A stretch of 34,551 nt of DNA from an uncultured Barnesiella sp. (lineage in GTDB: Bacteria > Bacteroidota > Bacteroidia > Bacteroidales > Barnesiellaceae_A). The DNA lies in the NCBI GenBank assembly GCA_904502265.1, contig CAJGDT010000001.1:1-34551 (forward strand). The letters are read 5' to 3'. Position 1 is the stretch's first letter, and each line of letters opens with the position of its first letter. The notes beneath the pieces are model-generated. The model was not told the DNA's origin and did no database searches. It worked only from the letters and a program-made list of their open reading frames with translations. The position numbers and the translations under genes were made by a program. This document shows positions 1 to 9,275 of the stretch, piece by piece.

Positions 1-96
1 GCCACAGCGATGCAAAGATACAATTTAATATCCAAAAAAACTAAAGAATTTCTTAAAAACACATTATAAATTACACGCCTATGCGAGGCTTATTCT

Positions 97-1107
97 CTAT
101 GGTGCTGATATAGTGCTTGAATGGGGTTGTTCATTTTTTGTTTTTTCTTTTAAATGGTCGAAGTTGCATTGGCTGACAATGAGTATGCCGAATGTTATTC
201 GGTTGATGTCGCTGATGTTTCTTGGATCGTTTGTGTCGATAAATGTGTGTATGCAGGGGTGCTTCTCGATGAGTTTTAGGAGTGAAATCTCTGTCTCTAA
301 CAGCTCGTCAATGTCGGGCAAGGGTGTGCGATGAGCGATGTTATCGGGGGTGTTGTGTAGGAGTATCAGTAGTCGTGGTACTTGTGATAGTAGGGGGATG
401 GATGCGACAATGTGTTCTTTGCCATCGGGTGATAGGGAGGTGTAATAGCTCTCGCTGACCGGTGCTTGTGGTAGGTAGTCGAGTGATGAGTCGATAGTGC
501 CGTTGTCGTTGATGCATATGATGGCGCAGTGAAAGGGTGTGTTGTGATGCGAGTGATTTCTGTGGGATGTGTCGGTGGAGTGGTGTAGAGTGCAGTGTGA
601 ATGGGGTAGCTTGAGTGAGTACAGCGAAGCACTCTTTTCGGCGCTGCCAATGCTTAATATGGGGTGTATTGAGGTGGGGTGAATGTGGGCTGTTTGGAAG
701 AATGGGTGTTCTTCCCATTTGCTGTGTTTTTGGATGCTGTGAGGTGCAAAATATTGTTCGTTTGTTTGGTAGAAATTTACCTCTTTCCAGATGGGATTAT
801 TGGCATGTTTTTGTTGCCAAAAGTCTAATAATTTTCGCCCCATTTTTCCTCCCGGAAGAGCTAAGGAAAATCTCTTTTTGGGTCTATAAAGTTTGCTCTC
901 GATAATGACTTCGGGGCTGTTTATGGAAGAGCCTATTACTTGCTCGCGTGTAATGAATCGGGTTGATGCTATGTGCTTGAATAGCTGTTGTGTAATTCCT
1001 TCAAGAGCCTCTTCCAGATTGTGGTGTTCGTGTCGTTGATGCATGATGAAAATGTGTGTGGTTTTATGACTTTTTTGTCCTATAGTATAAATACATTTGT
1101 GGGGCAT
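97..1107 (-). CDS. hypothetical His-rich protein; possibly a degenerate NagB/Pgl (sugar-phosphate isomerase/lactonase) fold, function unassigned
   Basis: 336-aa ORF. The segment SLALPGGKMGRKLLDFW...WKEVNFYQTNEQYF loosely resembles the ALSGGSTP...W..V.FF.DER pattern of 6-phosphogluconolactonase/GlcN6P deaminase, but with the catalytic-region residues changed. The coding strand is very A/C-rich and uses CTA/CGA/AGA/ATA codons, unlike neighbouring genes. Confidence 0.55.
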   Translation of the reverse strand: MPHKCIYTIGQKSHKTTHIFIMHQRHEHHNLEEALEGITQQLFKHIASTRFITREQVIGSSINSPEVIIESKLYRPKKRFSLALPGGKMGRKLLDFWQQKHANNPIWKEVNFYQTNEQYFAPHSIQKHSKWEEHPFFQTAHIHPTSIHPILSIGSAEKSASLYSLKLPHSHCTLHHSTDTSHRNHSHHNTPFHCAIICINDNGTIDSSLDYLPQAPVSESYYTSLSPDGKEHIVASIPLLSQVPRLLILLHNTPDNIAHRTPLPDIDELLETEISLLKLIEKHPCIHTFIDTNDPRNISDINRITFGILIVSQCNFDHLKEKTKNEQPHSSTISAP

Positions 1108-1126
1108 TTTGTTCCATCTATTTTGC

Positions 1127-1176
1127 GAAAAAACACCGACTTTATATGCCTTGATTTCTACATATAAAGCCGGTGC
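1127..1176 (-). terminator. intrinsic-terminator-like hairpin inside the 5' leader of the 97-1107 gene (candidate attenuator)
   Basis: caccgactttatatg (1134-1148) pairs with catataaagccggtg (1161-1175), 14 of 15 bp. On the minus strand the hairpin is followed by TTTTTT (rc of 1128-1133), about 20 nt before the ATG at 1107. Confidence 0.5.
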
Positions 1177-1302
1177 TTTTTTACAATCATATAACCTAAT
1201 ATTTCAACTGCGTAATGTTGCGGTTTGTGCGTTTCCGCATCACTGCGTGTGCCGTTACAAACCGGGATAATTGCGAGAATAATCTTGTCAATTATCACAT
1301 TG

Positions 1303-1310
1303 CAAAGATA
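1303..1310 (-). promoter_or_regulatory. Bacteroidota -7 promoter box TATCTTTG
   Basis: The plus-strand caaagata is the reverse complement of TAnnTTTG. It lies about 195 nt upstream of the ATG at 1107. Confidence 0.45.
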
Positions 1311-1521
1311 GGTGTGTTTGGACTATGTGTACAATAGCTTGATGTAGTGATTTTGATAAGAGTCCTTACCAATAAATGATTAGTGAGGGTGAAAATACGG
1401 CAATTTACACTTGAGCCTTTTGCTTGTTTTTGTAATGTGTTGATATTTATGGAGATTGCGTGCCTGATAAATTGTTGAAAAATTCTTCTATTATTATTGT
1501 GTAAAAGCTAATAAAAATTAC

Positions 1522-1529
1522 TATTTTTG
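1522..1529 (+). promoter_or_regulatory. Bacteroidota -7 promoter box TATTTTTG upstream of purH
   Basis: Matches TAnnTTTG and ends 27 nt before the purH ATG. Confidence 0.5.
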
Positions 1530-1555
1530 CCGACACATAACGAAAAAATTAAGCA

Positions 1556-3079
1556 ATGACAACAGAGAAAAAAATAAAGACCGCGTTAGTGTCGGTTTTT
1601 CATAAAGATGGTCTTGATGACATTATCAAAATGTTGCATGCCGATGGCGTGGAGTTCCTCTCTACCGGCGGTACACAATCGTTTATAGAATCATTGGGTA
1701 TTCCCTGCAATGCAGTGGAAGACCTTACCGGTTATCCCTCAATATTGGGTGGTCGCGTAAAAACCTTGCACCCCAAAGTATTTGGCGGTATCCTTAATCG
1801 TCGCGACAATGAGACGGATGCAGCTCAGATTGCCGAGTATGAGATTCCCTCAATCGACTTGGTAATTGTCGATTTGTATCCTTTTGAGCAAACTGTTGCT
1901 TCGGGCGCTGAAGAGGCTGCGATTATCGAAAAGATTGATATAGGTGGTATCTCGCTTATCCGTGCTGCTGCCAAGAACTTCAACGATGTGGCAATTGTTG
2001 CATCGAAAGGTCAATATGGTATCTTGCTTGATATACTCAAACGCAATGGTGCTAAGACTACACTTGAAGATCGTCGTTTGTTGGCTCGTGAGGCTTTTGC
2101 TGTTTCGTCGGGTTATGATAGCGCTATCTTCAATTATTTCGATGGTGGCGAAGGTTCTACCTTCCGCGCTGCTGTTAATGGTAACAAAGCCTTGCGCTAT
2201 GGCGAGAATCCTCACCAAAAGGGCGCTTTCTATGGCGACTTCGACGCCATGTTTGAGCAACTTCACGGTAAAGAGATTTCGTACAACAACTTGCTTGATA
2301 TCGATGCCGCTGTATCGTTGATAGCCGAGTTTGACGAAACAACATTTGCGGTACTCAAGCACAATAACGCTTGTGGTATTGCATCGCGCGATACAATCCT
2401 CGATGCGTGGACAGCAGCACTCGAGTGCGACCCTGTGTCGGCTTTTGGTGGCGTGCTTATTGCCAACCGTCCTATTGACTTGGCTACTGCCGAGGAGGTA
2501 AACAAGATTTTCTTTGAAGTAATTATCGCTCCCGAATATGCTCCTGAGGCATTGGAAGTGTTGAAACAAAAGAAAAATCGTATTATCCTTGTTCAAAAGC
2601 AACCCAATACCACAACCAAGCAATATCGTTCGTTGTTGGGTGGCGTGTTGGTACAAGATCGCGACTTGCACACTGAGCAACCCGAAGAGTTGCGTCAAGC
2701 AACCGAGCGCGCTGTTGATGCCGACCGTATTGCCGACTTGCTCTTTGCCAACAAGATTGTGAAGCATAGCAAATCGAACGCTATTGTGCTTGCCAAAAAT
2801 CGTCAACTCTGTGCCAGTGGTGTAGGTCAAACATCTCGCGTTGATGCATTGCGCCAAGCTATCGAGAAGGCTCATTCGTTCAACTTCGACCTCAATGGCG
2901 CAGTGATGGCTTCTGATGCATTCTTCCCCTTCCCCGACTGCGTAGAGATTGCGCACAAGGCCGGTGTTGATGCTGTGATACAGCCTGGTGGTTCAGTACG
3001 TGACCAAGAGACTATTGACTATTGCAATGCTAATAACATCGCGATGGTAATGACCGGTATTCGTCATTTTAAACATTGA
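1556..3079 (+). CDS. purH: bifunctional AICAR formyltransferase / IMP cyclohydrolase
   Basis: 507 aa. The N-terminal MGS-like domain (ALVSVFHKDGL...LSTGGT), the YGENPHQ motif and the C-terminal AICARFT region are all typical PurH. Confidence 0.97.
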   Translation: MTTEKKIKTALVSVFHKDGLDDIIKMLHADGVEFLSTGGTQSFIESLGIPCNAVEDLTGYPSILGGRVKTLHPKVFGGILNRRDNETDAAQIAEYEIPSIDLVIVDLYPFEQTVASGAEEAAIIEKIDIGGISLIRAAAKNFNDVAIVASKGQYGILLDILKRNGAKTTLEDRRLLAREAFAVSSGYDSAIFNYFDGGEGSTFRAAVNGNKALRYGENPHQKGAFYGDFDAMFEQLHGKEISYNNLLDIDAAVSLIAEFDETTFAVLKHNNACGIASRDTILDAWTAALECDPVSAFGGVLIANRPIDLATAEEVNKIFFEVIIAPEYAPEALEVLKQKKNRIILVQKQPNTTTKQYRSLLGGVLVQDRDLHTEQPEELRQATERAVDADRIADLLFANKIVKHSKSNAIVLAKNRQLCASGVGQTSRVDALRQAIEKAHSFNFDLNGAVMASDAFFPFPDCVEIAHKAGVDAVIQPGGSVRDQETIDYCNANNIAMVMTGIRHFKH

Positions 3080-3104
3080 AAACTAACTTTTAAAACAAAA
3101 CAGA

Positions 3105-4124
3105 ATGGGACTTTTCTCATTGACACAAGAAATAGCTGTCGACCTTGGAACTGCCAATACCATTATCATCCATGATGGTAAGATAGTGGTAGATGAGCCC
3201 TCGGTTGTGGCACTTGAGAAGAAGACTGAGAAACTCGTAGCAGTGGGTGAGAAGGCTCGCCAAATGCACGAAAAAACAGCACCTCATATTACAACTATCC
3301 GTCCTTTGCGTGATGGCGTTATTGCCGACTTCTATGCTGCCGAGCAAATGATACGCGGTATGGTGAAGATGGTAAATCCTCAACGTCGTTGGTTTACTCC
3401 CTCGTTGCGCATGGTTGTATGTATACCTTCGGGTAGTACCGAGGTAGAGATACGTGCGGTGCGTGACTCGGCCGAGCATGCCGGTGGTCGTGATGTGTAT
3501 ATGATATATGAGCCCATGGCAGCTGCTATCGGTATTGGTATAGACGTTACGGCTCCCGAGGGTAACATGATTGTGGATATAGGTGGTGGTAGCACCGAGA
3601 TTGCTGTAATCTCATTGGGTGGTATCGTTTCTAACAAGTCTATCCGTATAGCCGGTGACGACCTTACTGCCGATATTCAGGAGTATATGCGTCGTCAGCA
3701 TAATGTGCGTATTGGTGAACGTACTGCCGAGTTGATCAAGATTAATGTAGGTTCGGCACTTACCGAGTTGGCTGATCCCCCAGAAGATTATATTGTGCAT
3801 GGTCCTAACCAAATGACCGCATTGCCTATGGAGATACCCGTATCGTACCAAGAGGTGTCGCACTGTATTGAGAAATCTATCTCAAAAATTGAGGCTGCAG
3901 TGCTCAGCGCCTTGGAGCAAACTCCTCCTGAGTTGTATGCCGACTTGGTGCGTAATGGTATATATTTGGCAGGTGGTGGCGCATTGTTGCGCGGTCTTGA
4001 CAAACGTTTGACTGACAAGATTGGTATTACCTTCCATATTGCCGATGATCCTTTGCACGCTGTTGCAAAAGGTACCGGTGTGGCATTGAAAAATATCGAT
4101 GAATTTAACTTCTTGATTCGATAA
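3105..4124 (+). CDS. mreB: rod shape-determining protein MreB
   Basis: 339 aa with actin-fold motifs DLGTANT and DIGGGSTE, and the expected position ahead of mreC/mreD. Confidence 0.97.
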   Translation: MGLFSLTQEIAVDLGTANTIIIHDGKIVVDEPSVVALEKKTEKLVAVGEKARQMHEKTAPHITTIRPLRDGVIADFYAAEQMIRGMVKMVNPQRRWFTPSLRMVVCIPSGSTEVEIRAVRDSAEHAGGRDVYMIYEPMAAAIGIGIDVTAPEGNMIVDIGGGSTEIAVISLGGIVSNKSIRIAGDDLTADIQEYMRRQHNVRIGERTAELIKINVGSALTELADPPEDYIVHGPNQMTALPMEIPVSYQEVSHCIEKSISKIEAAVLSALEQTPPELYADLVRNGIYLAGGGALLRGLDKRLTDKIGITFHIADDPLHAVAKGTGVALKNIDEFNFLIR

Positions 4125-4145
4125 TAAGCAGAGCTAATATTACCC

Positions 4146-4182
4146 CGAGTTACACACTTCGCATGTGAAGTTGTGTAACTCG
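4146..4182 (+). other. stable intergenic hairpin between mreB and mreC
   Basis: cgagttacaca / tgtgtaactcg gives 11 bp, plus an inner cttc/gaag 4 bp. No clear T-tract follows. Confidence 0.5.
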
Positions 4183-4210
4183 TTGCGGTAAAATAAAGAA
4201 CGACTACTCG

Positions 4211-5056
4211 ATGCGCAATCTTATAGACTTTCTTATCAAACATCACGCTTGGATATTTTTTATATTCTACGTAGTGTTGAGTTGTACATTGCTTTTTTCG
4301 TCAAATCCTTACCAGCGAAGCGTATTTTTCGGCTCGTCAAATAGAGTCGTATCGCAAGTGTACGAAATGACCGATGCGGTATCGGGCTACTTCGGGCTTC
4401 GTAAAGCCAATGAGGAGTTGTTGATGCAAAATGGTGAGTTGGCTATGGAAAACTTGCAGTTGCGCCGTCAATTGCAACGATACAGCTATGCGGCCGCTGC
4501 CGATTCGCTTGCACAAAGCGACCCCATGTTGCAACAGTATGACTTTGTTTTGGCTCGAGTTATCAATAATAGCGTGAGCCATCTGGAGAATTATATAACG
4601 CTCGATAAAGGTCGTGCCGATGGAGTGGAACCCGAAATGGCCGTGGTGGACCATCGTGGTATTGTGGGTATTGTCAATGTTGTTAATGAGCATAGTTCGG
4701 TAGCAATATCGGTGCTCAATACCAAATTGCATGTGAGTTGCAAGGTGAAAGGAACCGATTGTTTCGGATCGTTGGTGTGGGATGGTCGCAGTGCCGCCTA
4801 TGCTGTGCTTGAGGAGATGCCTCGCCACGTTGAGTTTGTACCAGGTGATACGATTGTTACAAGTGGTTTCTCGGCAGTATTTCCCGATGGCGTAATGGTG
4901 GGCACAATACATGACTATGCCAAGCAGAAGGATGACAATTTCTATGCTATGCAAGTCAAACTTTCAACTGACTTTACCCAGCTGGGTGTAGTACGTGTTA
5001 TTCGCAATCACACACAAGACCAACAGCAATTGTTGGAGAAGGAGGCTCGTAAATGA
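4211..5056 (+). CDS. mreC: rod shape-determining protein MreC
   Basis: 281 aa with an N-terminal TM, a coiled-coil (NEELLMQNGELAMENLQLRRQLQ) and a beta-rich C-terminal domain. It lies between mreB and mreD. Confidence 0.9.
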   Translation: MRNLIDFLIKHHAWIFFIFYVVLSCTLLFSSNPYQRSVFFGSSNRVVSQVYEMTDAVSGYFGLRKANEELLMQNGELAMENLQLRRQLQRYSYAAAADSLAQSDPMLQQYDFVLARVINNSVSHLENYITLDKGRADGVEPEMAVVDHRGIVGIVNVVNEHSSVAISVLNTKLHVSCKVKGTDCFGSLVWDGRSAAYAVLEEMPRHVEFVPGDTIVTSGFSAVFPDGVMVGTIHDYAKQKDDNFYAMQVKLSTDFTQLGVVRVIRNHTQDQQQLLEKEARK

Positions 5057-5571
5057 ATATTAATCTGTTGCGCGAAATAGGTATAGCGCTGATATTTGTA
5101 TTGTTGCAGGTATTGGTATTCAATCAGATACACCTCTTTGGTGTGGCTGTTCCTTTGGTGTTTATATATGTTATTTTTCGCATGCCGTTGTCTCTGTCTA
5201 CAGCGTGGTTGCTTACAGCCTCGTTTTTCTTGGGGTTGGTTGTAGACATTTTCAGTAATACGCCCGGCATGAATGCATTGGCTTGTACAATATTTGCCTT
5301 TTTGCGTCGACCTGGTTTATCGCTATACCTTCCCCATGGTAGCGATTACGTGGCCGAAGTACCATCGATACGAGGCTTTGGTATGTGGCTTTATGTGCGT
5401 TATTCGCTAACACTTTCATTGCTTTATTGTGTATTGTTGTTCTCAATAGAGTCGCTCTCGTTGTTCGACTTTCCCTATCTGCTCATGCGTATAGTGAGTA
5501 GCACACTGCTTACGTTTGTACTTATTCTTTGTATTGATAGCTTGAGTCAAGGTCGTGAGAAAAGATTATAA
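5053..5571 (+). CDS. mreD: rod shape-determining protein MreD
   Basis: 172-aa polytopic membrane protein. It has an ATGA overlap with the mreC stop and the conserved operon position. Confidence 0.85.
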   Translation: MNINLLREIGIALIFVLLQVLVFNQIHLFGVAVPLVFIYVIFRMPLSLSTAWLLTASFFLGLVVDIFSNTPGMNALACTIFAFLRRPGLSLYLPHGSDYVAEVPSIRGFGMWLYVRYSLTLSLLYCVLLFSIESLSLFDFPYLLMRIVSSTLLTFVLILCIDSLSQGREKRL

Positions 5572-7417
5572 TCTTGAAAAGAGAAAGTATGTTATTGCTA
5601 CAGCCGTTGTTGCGATTGTGGTAATCTATATTGTGCGCCTATTCTCGTTGCAAGTAGGTGATAATGACTATAAACGATTTGCCGATAGTAATGCATTTCA
5701 GCGAAAAGTGCTTTATCCGTCGCGTGGCTTTGTGTATGACCGCAATGGCGAGCTGTTGGTTTATAATCAGCCGGCCTATGATGTGATGATGATACCGCGC
5801 GAGATGCGTTCGCTCGATACGCTTGATTTTTGTAATACGTTGGGTATCGATCTTGAGCAGTTCAATCGTTATATTGCTGATATGAAGGATCGTCGCAAGA
5901 ATCCCGGCTACTCAACTTATACACCACAGGTTTTCATGACGCAACTTTCGGCTCGCGATTATGGTCGACTGCAGGAAAAGTTGTATCGTTACCCCGGTGT
6001 GTATATCCAAAACCGTGTGCTTCGTGAGTATAGTCGTCCTATTGCGGCCAATGTATTGGGTAACATTCGCGAGGTATCACCGTCGGATATAGAGCGCGAC
6101 GATTACTATCGTCGAGGTGACTACACTGGCGACCTGGGTGTGGAGAAGTCGTTTGAGGATGTATTGCGTGGAGTAAAAGGCGAGGAGATACTTTTGCGAG
6201 ATGCTCATGGACGCATCAAGGGTAAGTATGAAGATGGTAAATACGATGTTCAGCCTATATCGGGCCGTAATATAACGCTGTCGATAGATGCCGATTTGCA
6301 GGCTTATGGCGAGAAACTGATGCAAGGCAAGACGGGTGCGATTGTGGCTATAGAACCCTCGACAGGCGAGATATTGGCGCTTGTGTCGAGTCCTACCTAC
6401 GACCCCTCTATCCTGGTGGGTCGTGAACGTGGAAAAAATTATGCGCGCCTTACTCGTGATCCGGGCAATCCCCTTTACGACCGTGCTATTATGGCGGTTT
6501 ATCCTCCGGGTTCAACATTTAAGCCTACTCAGGGACTTATCTTCCTTGAGGAGGGTATAATCACGCCCAATACCAATTATCCCTGTACCGGTGGTTTTGT
6601 TGTAGGAGGTTTGCGAGTAGGTTGTCACGCGCATGCCGCACCCCTGCCGCTGATACCTTCGTTGGCCACATCGTGCAATGCATATTACTGTTACGGATTG
6701 CGCTCGATGCTCGATAACCGCAGCCTTTATGAGAGTACATCCGAGGCTTTCGAGATATGGAAGAACCACTTGGTGTCGATGGGCTATGGTTACAAATTGG
6801 GTATTGACCTTCCCGGTGAGAAGCGTGGTTTCTTGCCTAATAGTGCCTATTACGACAAGTTCTATGGTAAGAATCGATGGAAGGCTCTCACCATTATATC
6901 TATTGCGATAGGTCAGGGTGAGATATTGGCTACCCCATTGCAAATAGCCAACCTCGCTGCTACGGTGGCTAATCGGGGTTATTTCTACACGCCTCACGTT
7001 GTGAAGGCTATACAAGATAGTGTAATTGATACGACTTATACTGTACGTCGCTATCCTTCGATCGATGCCAATCATTATGATGCTATTGTAGAGGGTATGC
7101 GTATGGCTGTTACCGATGGAACCTGTCGCACGGCCAATCTTAAAGATATAGAGGTGTGTGGAAAGACCGGTACGGCGCAAAATCCCCATGGTCGCGACCA
7201 CTCGGCATTTATGGGATTTGCTCCGATGAATAATCCTCAAATAGCCATAGCCGTATATGTCGAAAATGCCGGATTTGGTGCAACCTATGGTGTTCCTATT
7301 GGTAGCTTGATGATGGAGTACTACCTCAAGGGTGAGATAACCGACCCGGCTCGCAAAGATCTTGAACAAAGAATGTTTAACTCGAAAGTTGTAGGTAATA
7401 GTGGCAAGAAACGTTGA
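5555..7417 (+). CDS. mrdA: penicillin-binding protein 2 (elongasome transpeptidase)
   Basis: 620 aa with an N-terminal TM and transpeptidase motifs STFK (PPGSTFKP) and KTGTA. The GTG start overlaps the mreD end. Confidence 0.93.
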   Translation: MRKDYNLEKRKYVIATAVVAIVVIYIVRLFSLQVGDNDYKRFADSNAFQRKVLYPSRGFVYDRNGELLVYNQPAYDVMMIPREMRSLDTLDFCNTLGIDLEQFNRYIADMKDRRKNPGYSTYTPQVFMTQLSARDYGRLQEKLYRYPGVYIQNRVLREYSRPIAANVLGNIREVSPSDIERDDYYRRGDYTGDLGVEKSFEDVLRGVKGEEILLRDAHGRIKGKYEDGKYDVQPISGRNITLSIDADLQAYGEKLMQGKTGAIVAIEPSTGEILALVSSPTYDPSILVGRERGKNYARLTRDPGNPLYDRAIMAVYPPGSTFKPTQGLIFLEEGIITPNTNYPCTGGFVVGGLRVGCHAHAAPLPLIPSLATSCNAYYCYGLRSMLDNRSLYESTSEAFEIWKNHLVSMGYGYKLGIDLPGEKRGFLPNSAYYDKFYGKNRWKALTIISIAIGQGEILATPLQIANLAATVANRGYFYTPHVVKAIQDSVIDTTYTVRRYPSIDANHYDAIVEGMRMAVTDGTCRTANLKDIEVCGKTGTAQNPHGRDHSAFMGFAPMNNPQIAIAVYVENAGFGATYGVPIGSLMMEYYLKGEITDPARKDLEQRMFNSKVVGNSGKKR

Positions 7418-8849
7418 TGTGTGGAAATCGGTAGACAAGTTTACAATATTTCTGTATGTTGTACTAGTCTTTTTTGGTTGGGTAAGTATCTACGCAGCCA
7501 GTTACGACTTTGACCAGGCAAGCATATTCGATTTTGCTGAGCGTTCGGGCAAGCAGCTTGTGTGGATTGGCTTGTCATTTGTGTTGGCGTCTGTTATTAT
7601 GCTCATAGATTCACGTATGTTCGAGACATATGCCTATCTTATATACATAGCATTTATTTTGTTATTGCTCTTTACCTTGGTTGTGGCCGATGAGGTGAAG
7701 GGTTCCCGATCGTGGCTGACGATAACTTCGTCGGTGCGTCTACAGCCGGCCGAGTTTGCCAAGTTTGCTACGGCTCTGGCAGTGGCCAAGATGTTCAATG
7801 GATATAACTTCAGGTTTACCAGTCTGCCTAATTTTTTCAAAATAGTAGGCTTGGTGATATTGCCAATGTTGATTATTGTGATGCAGAAGGAAACAGGATC
7901 GGCCTTGGTATATCTGTCATTTGTGTTAATGATGTACCGTGAAGGTATGACCGGTTTGGTACTATTTGGCGGTATTTGTGCTATCGTTTACTTTATATTG
8001 GGTATAAAGTTTAGTGCCGACATGTGGATGGGAGCGCCTTTAGGAGAAAGTATAGTGCTTATACTCATCTGTATTGTGTTAGTAGGTATCATACGCTATT
8101 TTGCCGAGAATAAATTGGTGGCGCGCAATCTCTCTATATTTTATATTCTTGTAGCGATTGTGGTCTCGATACTCATGCTATGTGATGTGGCAGTACCTAT
8201 GCTTTATGTGCTACTGGGTGTAGTGCTTTTGTCGGTGCTCTATCTTGTGGCGATTTATTTCTCGCACTTCTCGTCTAAGTTATTGGTTGCTGCGGCTGTA
8301 ACCATTGTATCGGTGGCGTTTCTCTTTTCGTGCAACTTTGTTTTCAGTAAGTTGCAACCTCACCAACGCACTCGCATAGAGGTGTTGTTGGGTATGAAAG
8401 AGGACTTGCGCGATGCAGGATACAATGTCAACCAGTCCAAAATTGCCATTGGTTCGGGCGGTTTCTGGGGAAAGGGGTTCTTGAATGGTACGCAGACCAA
8501 GCTCAAGTATGTGCCGGAGCAGGATACCGACTTTATTTTCTGTACTATTGGCGAGGAGGAAGGTTTCTGGGGCTCTTGTCTGGTGTTGGTGCTATTTACG
8601 GCTCTGATATTGCGTATCATGACTATTGCAGAGCGACAGCCACGACCCTTTGGCCGAGTTTATGCCTATTGTGTGCTGGGAATATTCTTCTTCCACCTGT
8701 TTATTAATATAGGTATGGTTATCGGATTGTGCCCGGTGATTGGTATTCCGTTGCCGTTCTTTAGTTATGGAGGCTCGTCGTTGTGGGGCTTTACCATATT
8801 GCTGTTTATACTTCTGCGTATCGATGCCTCGCGCAGTGAGCACTTCTGA
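7401..8849 (+). CDS. rodA: SEDS-family peptidoglycan polymerase RodA
   Basis: 482-aa polytopic membrane protein of the FtsW/RodA family (VPEQDTDFIF, GIPLPFFSYGGSS). The start codon is non-ATG (GTG), so its position is approximate. Confidence 0.9.
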   Translation: MARNVDVWKSVDKFTIFLYVVLVFFGWVSIYAASYDFDQASIFDFAERSGKQLVWIGLSFVLASVIMLIDSRMFETYAYLIYIAFILLLLFTLVVADEVKGSRSWLTITSSVRLQPAEFAKFATALAVAKMFNGYNFRFTSLPNFFKIVGLVILPMLIIVMQKETGSALVYLSFVLMMYREGMTGLVLFGGICAIVYFILGIKFSADMWMGAPLGESIVLILICIVLVGIIRYFAENKLVARNLSIFYILVAIVVSILMLCDVAVPMLYVLLGVVLLSVLYLVAIYFSHFSSKLLVAAAVTIVSVAFLFSCNFVFSKLQPHQRTRIEVLLGMKEDLRDAGYNVNQSKIAIGSGGFWGKGFLNGTQTKLKYVPEQDTDFIFCTIGEEEGFWGSCLVLVLFTALILRIMTIAERQPRPFGRVYAYCVLGIFFFHLFINIGMVIGLCPVIGIPLPFFSYGGSSLWGFTILLFILLRIDASRSEHF

Positions 8850-8869
8850 TAAGGTGTTTCCCTGGTAAT

Positions 8870-9235
8870 TTATTTATTAAATGAGTTGCGCTTGACGATA
8901 GCTGCTTCTAATGCTTTACGTCCAGCCTCGGTCATCAAGCCGCGCCTTTCGAGGTCGGCGCAACGTTGTATATTCAATTCGGTCCAGTGGCTGTTTTTGC
9001 GACGTGGTGATAGCCGTTGAGCCAGTCGCCCATCGGGTAATCGTTTCAAGGTAGAATCTATCCATCCGTAACATAATGCTTCCTCGACTACTTCTATATA
9101 AGGTATAACGCCCTCTCGTGGTACACAGCTACGCGAAGTTACTACCCAGCATACATGCTCGGTAGAGTGATTCGTTTCAAGCCAATGTCTCAAATCGGAA
9201 CGTTGGGTGTAGGGTAGAAGATTTATAATATCCAT
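8870..9235 (-). CDS. YdeI/OmpD-associated family protein
   Basis: 121 aa. The pattern RSDLRHWLETNH...WVV...EEALCYGWIDS...RLSPRRKNSHWTELN is characteristic of the YdeI/OmdA domain. Confidence 0.7.
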   Translation of the reverse strand: MDIINLLPYTQRSDLRHWLETNHSTEHVCWVVTSRSCVPREGVIPYIEVVEEALCYGWIDSTLKRLPDGRLAQRLSPRRKNSHWTELNIQRCADLERRGLMTEAGRKALEAAIVKRNSFNK

Positions 9236-9275
9236 ACTATCGGCTCAAGGCGTATTGTATGAATAGAGGCTTGAT

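Noticed and set aside
341-718. Two additional open minus-strand frames (125 and 94 aa) overlapping the 97-1107 ORF
   Set aside because: They are explained by the extreme A/C bias of that strand, which depletes stop codons in all frames. The translations are Thr/His/Pro low-complexity sequence.
1850-2956. 368-aa minus-strand ORF
   Set aside because: It lies entirely antisense to the confidently identified purH. The sequence is low-complexity with no motifs, so it is a shadow ORF.
6512-7438. 308-aa minus-strand ORF
   Set aside because: Antisense shadow of mrdA (PBP2), with no recognisable domains.
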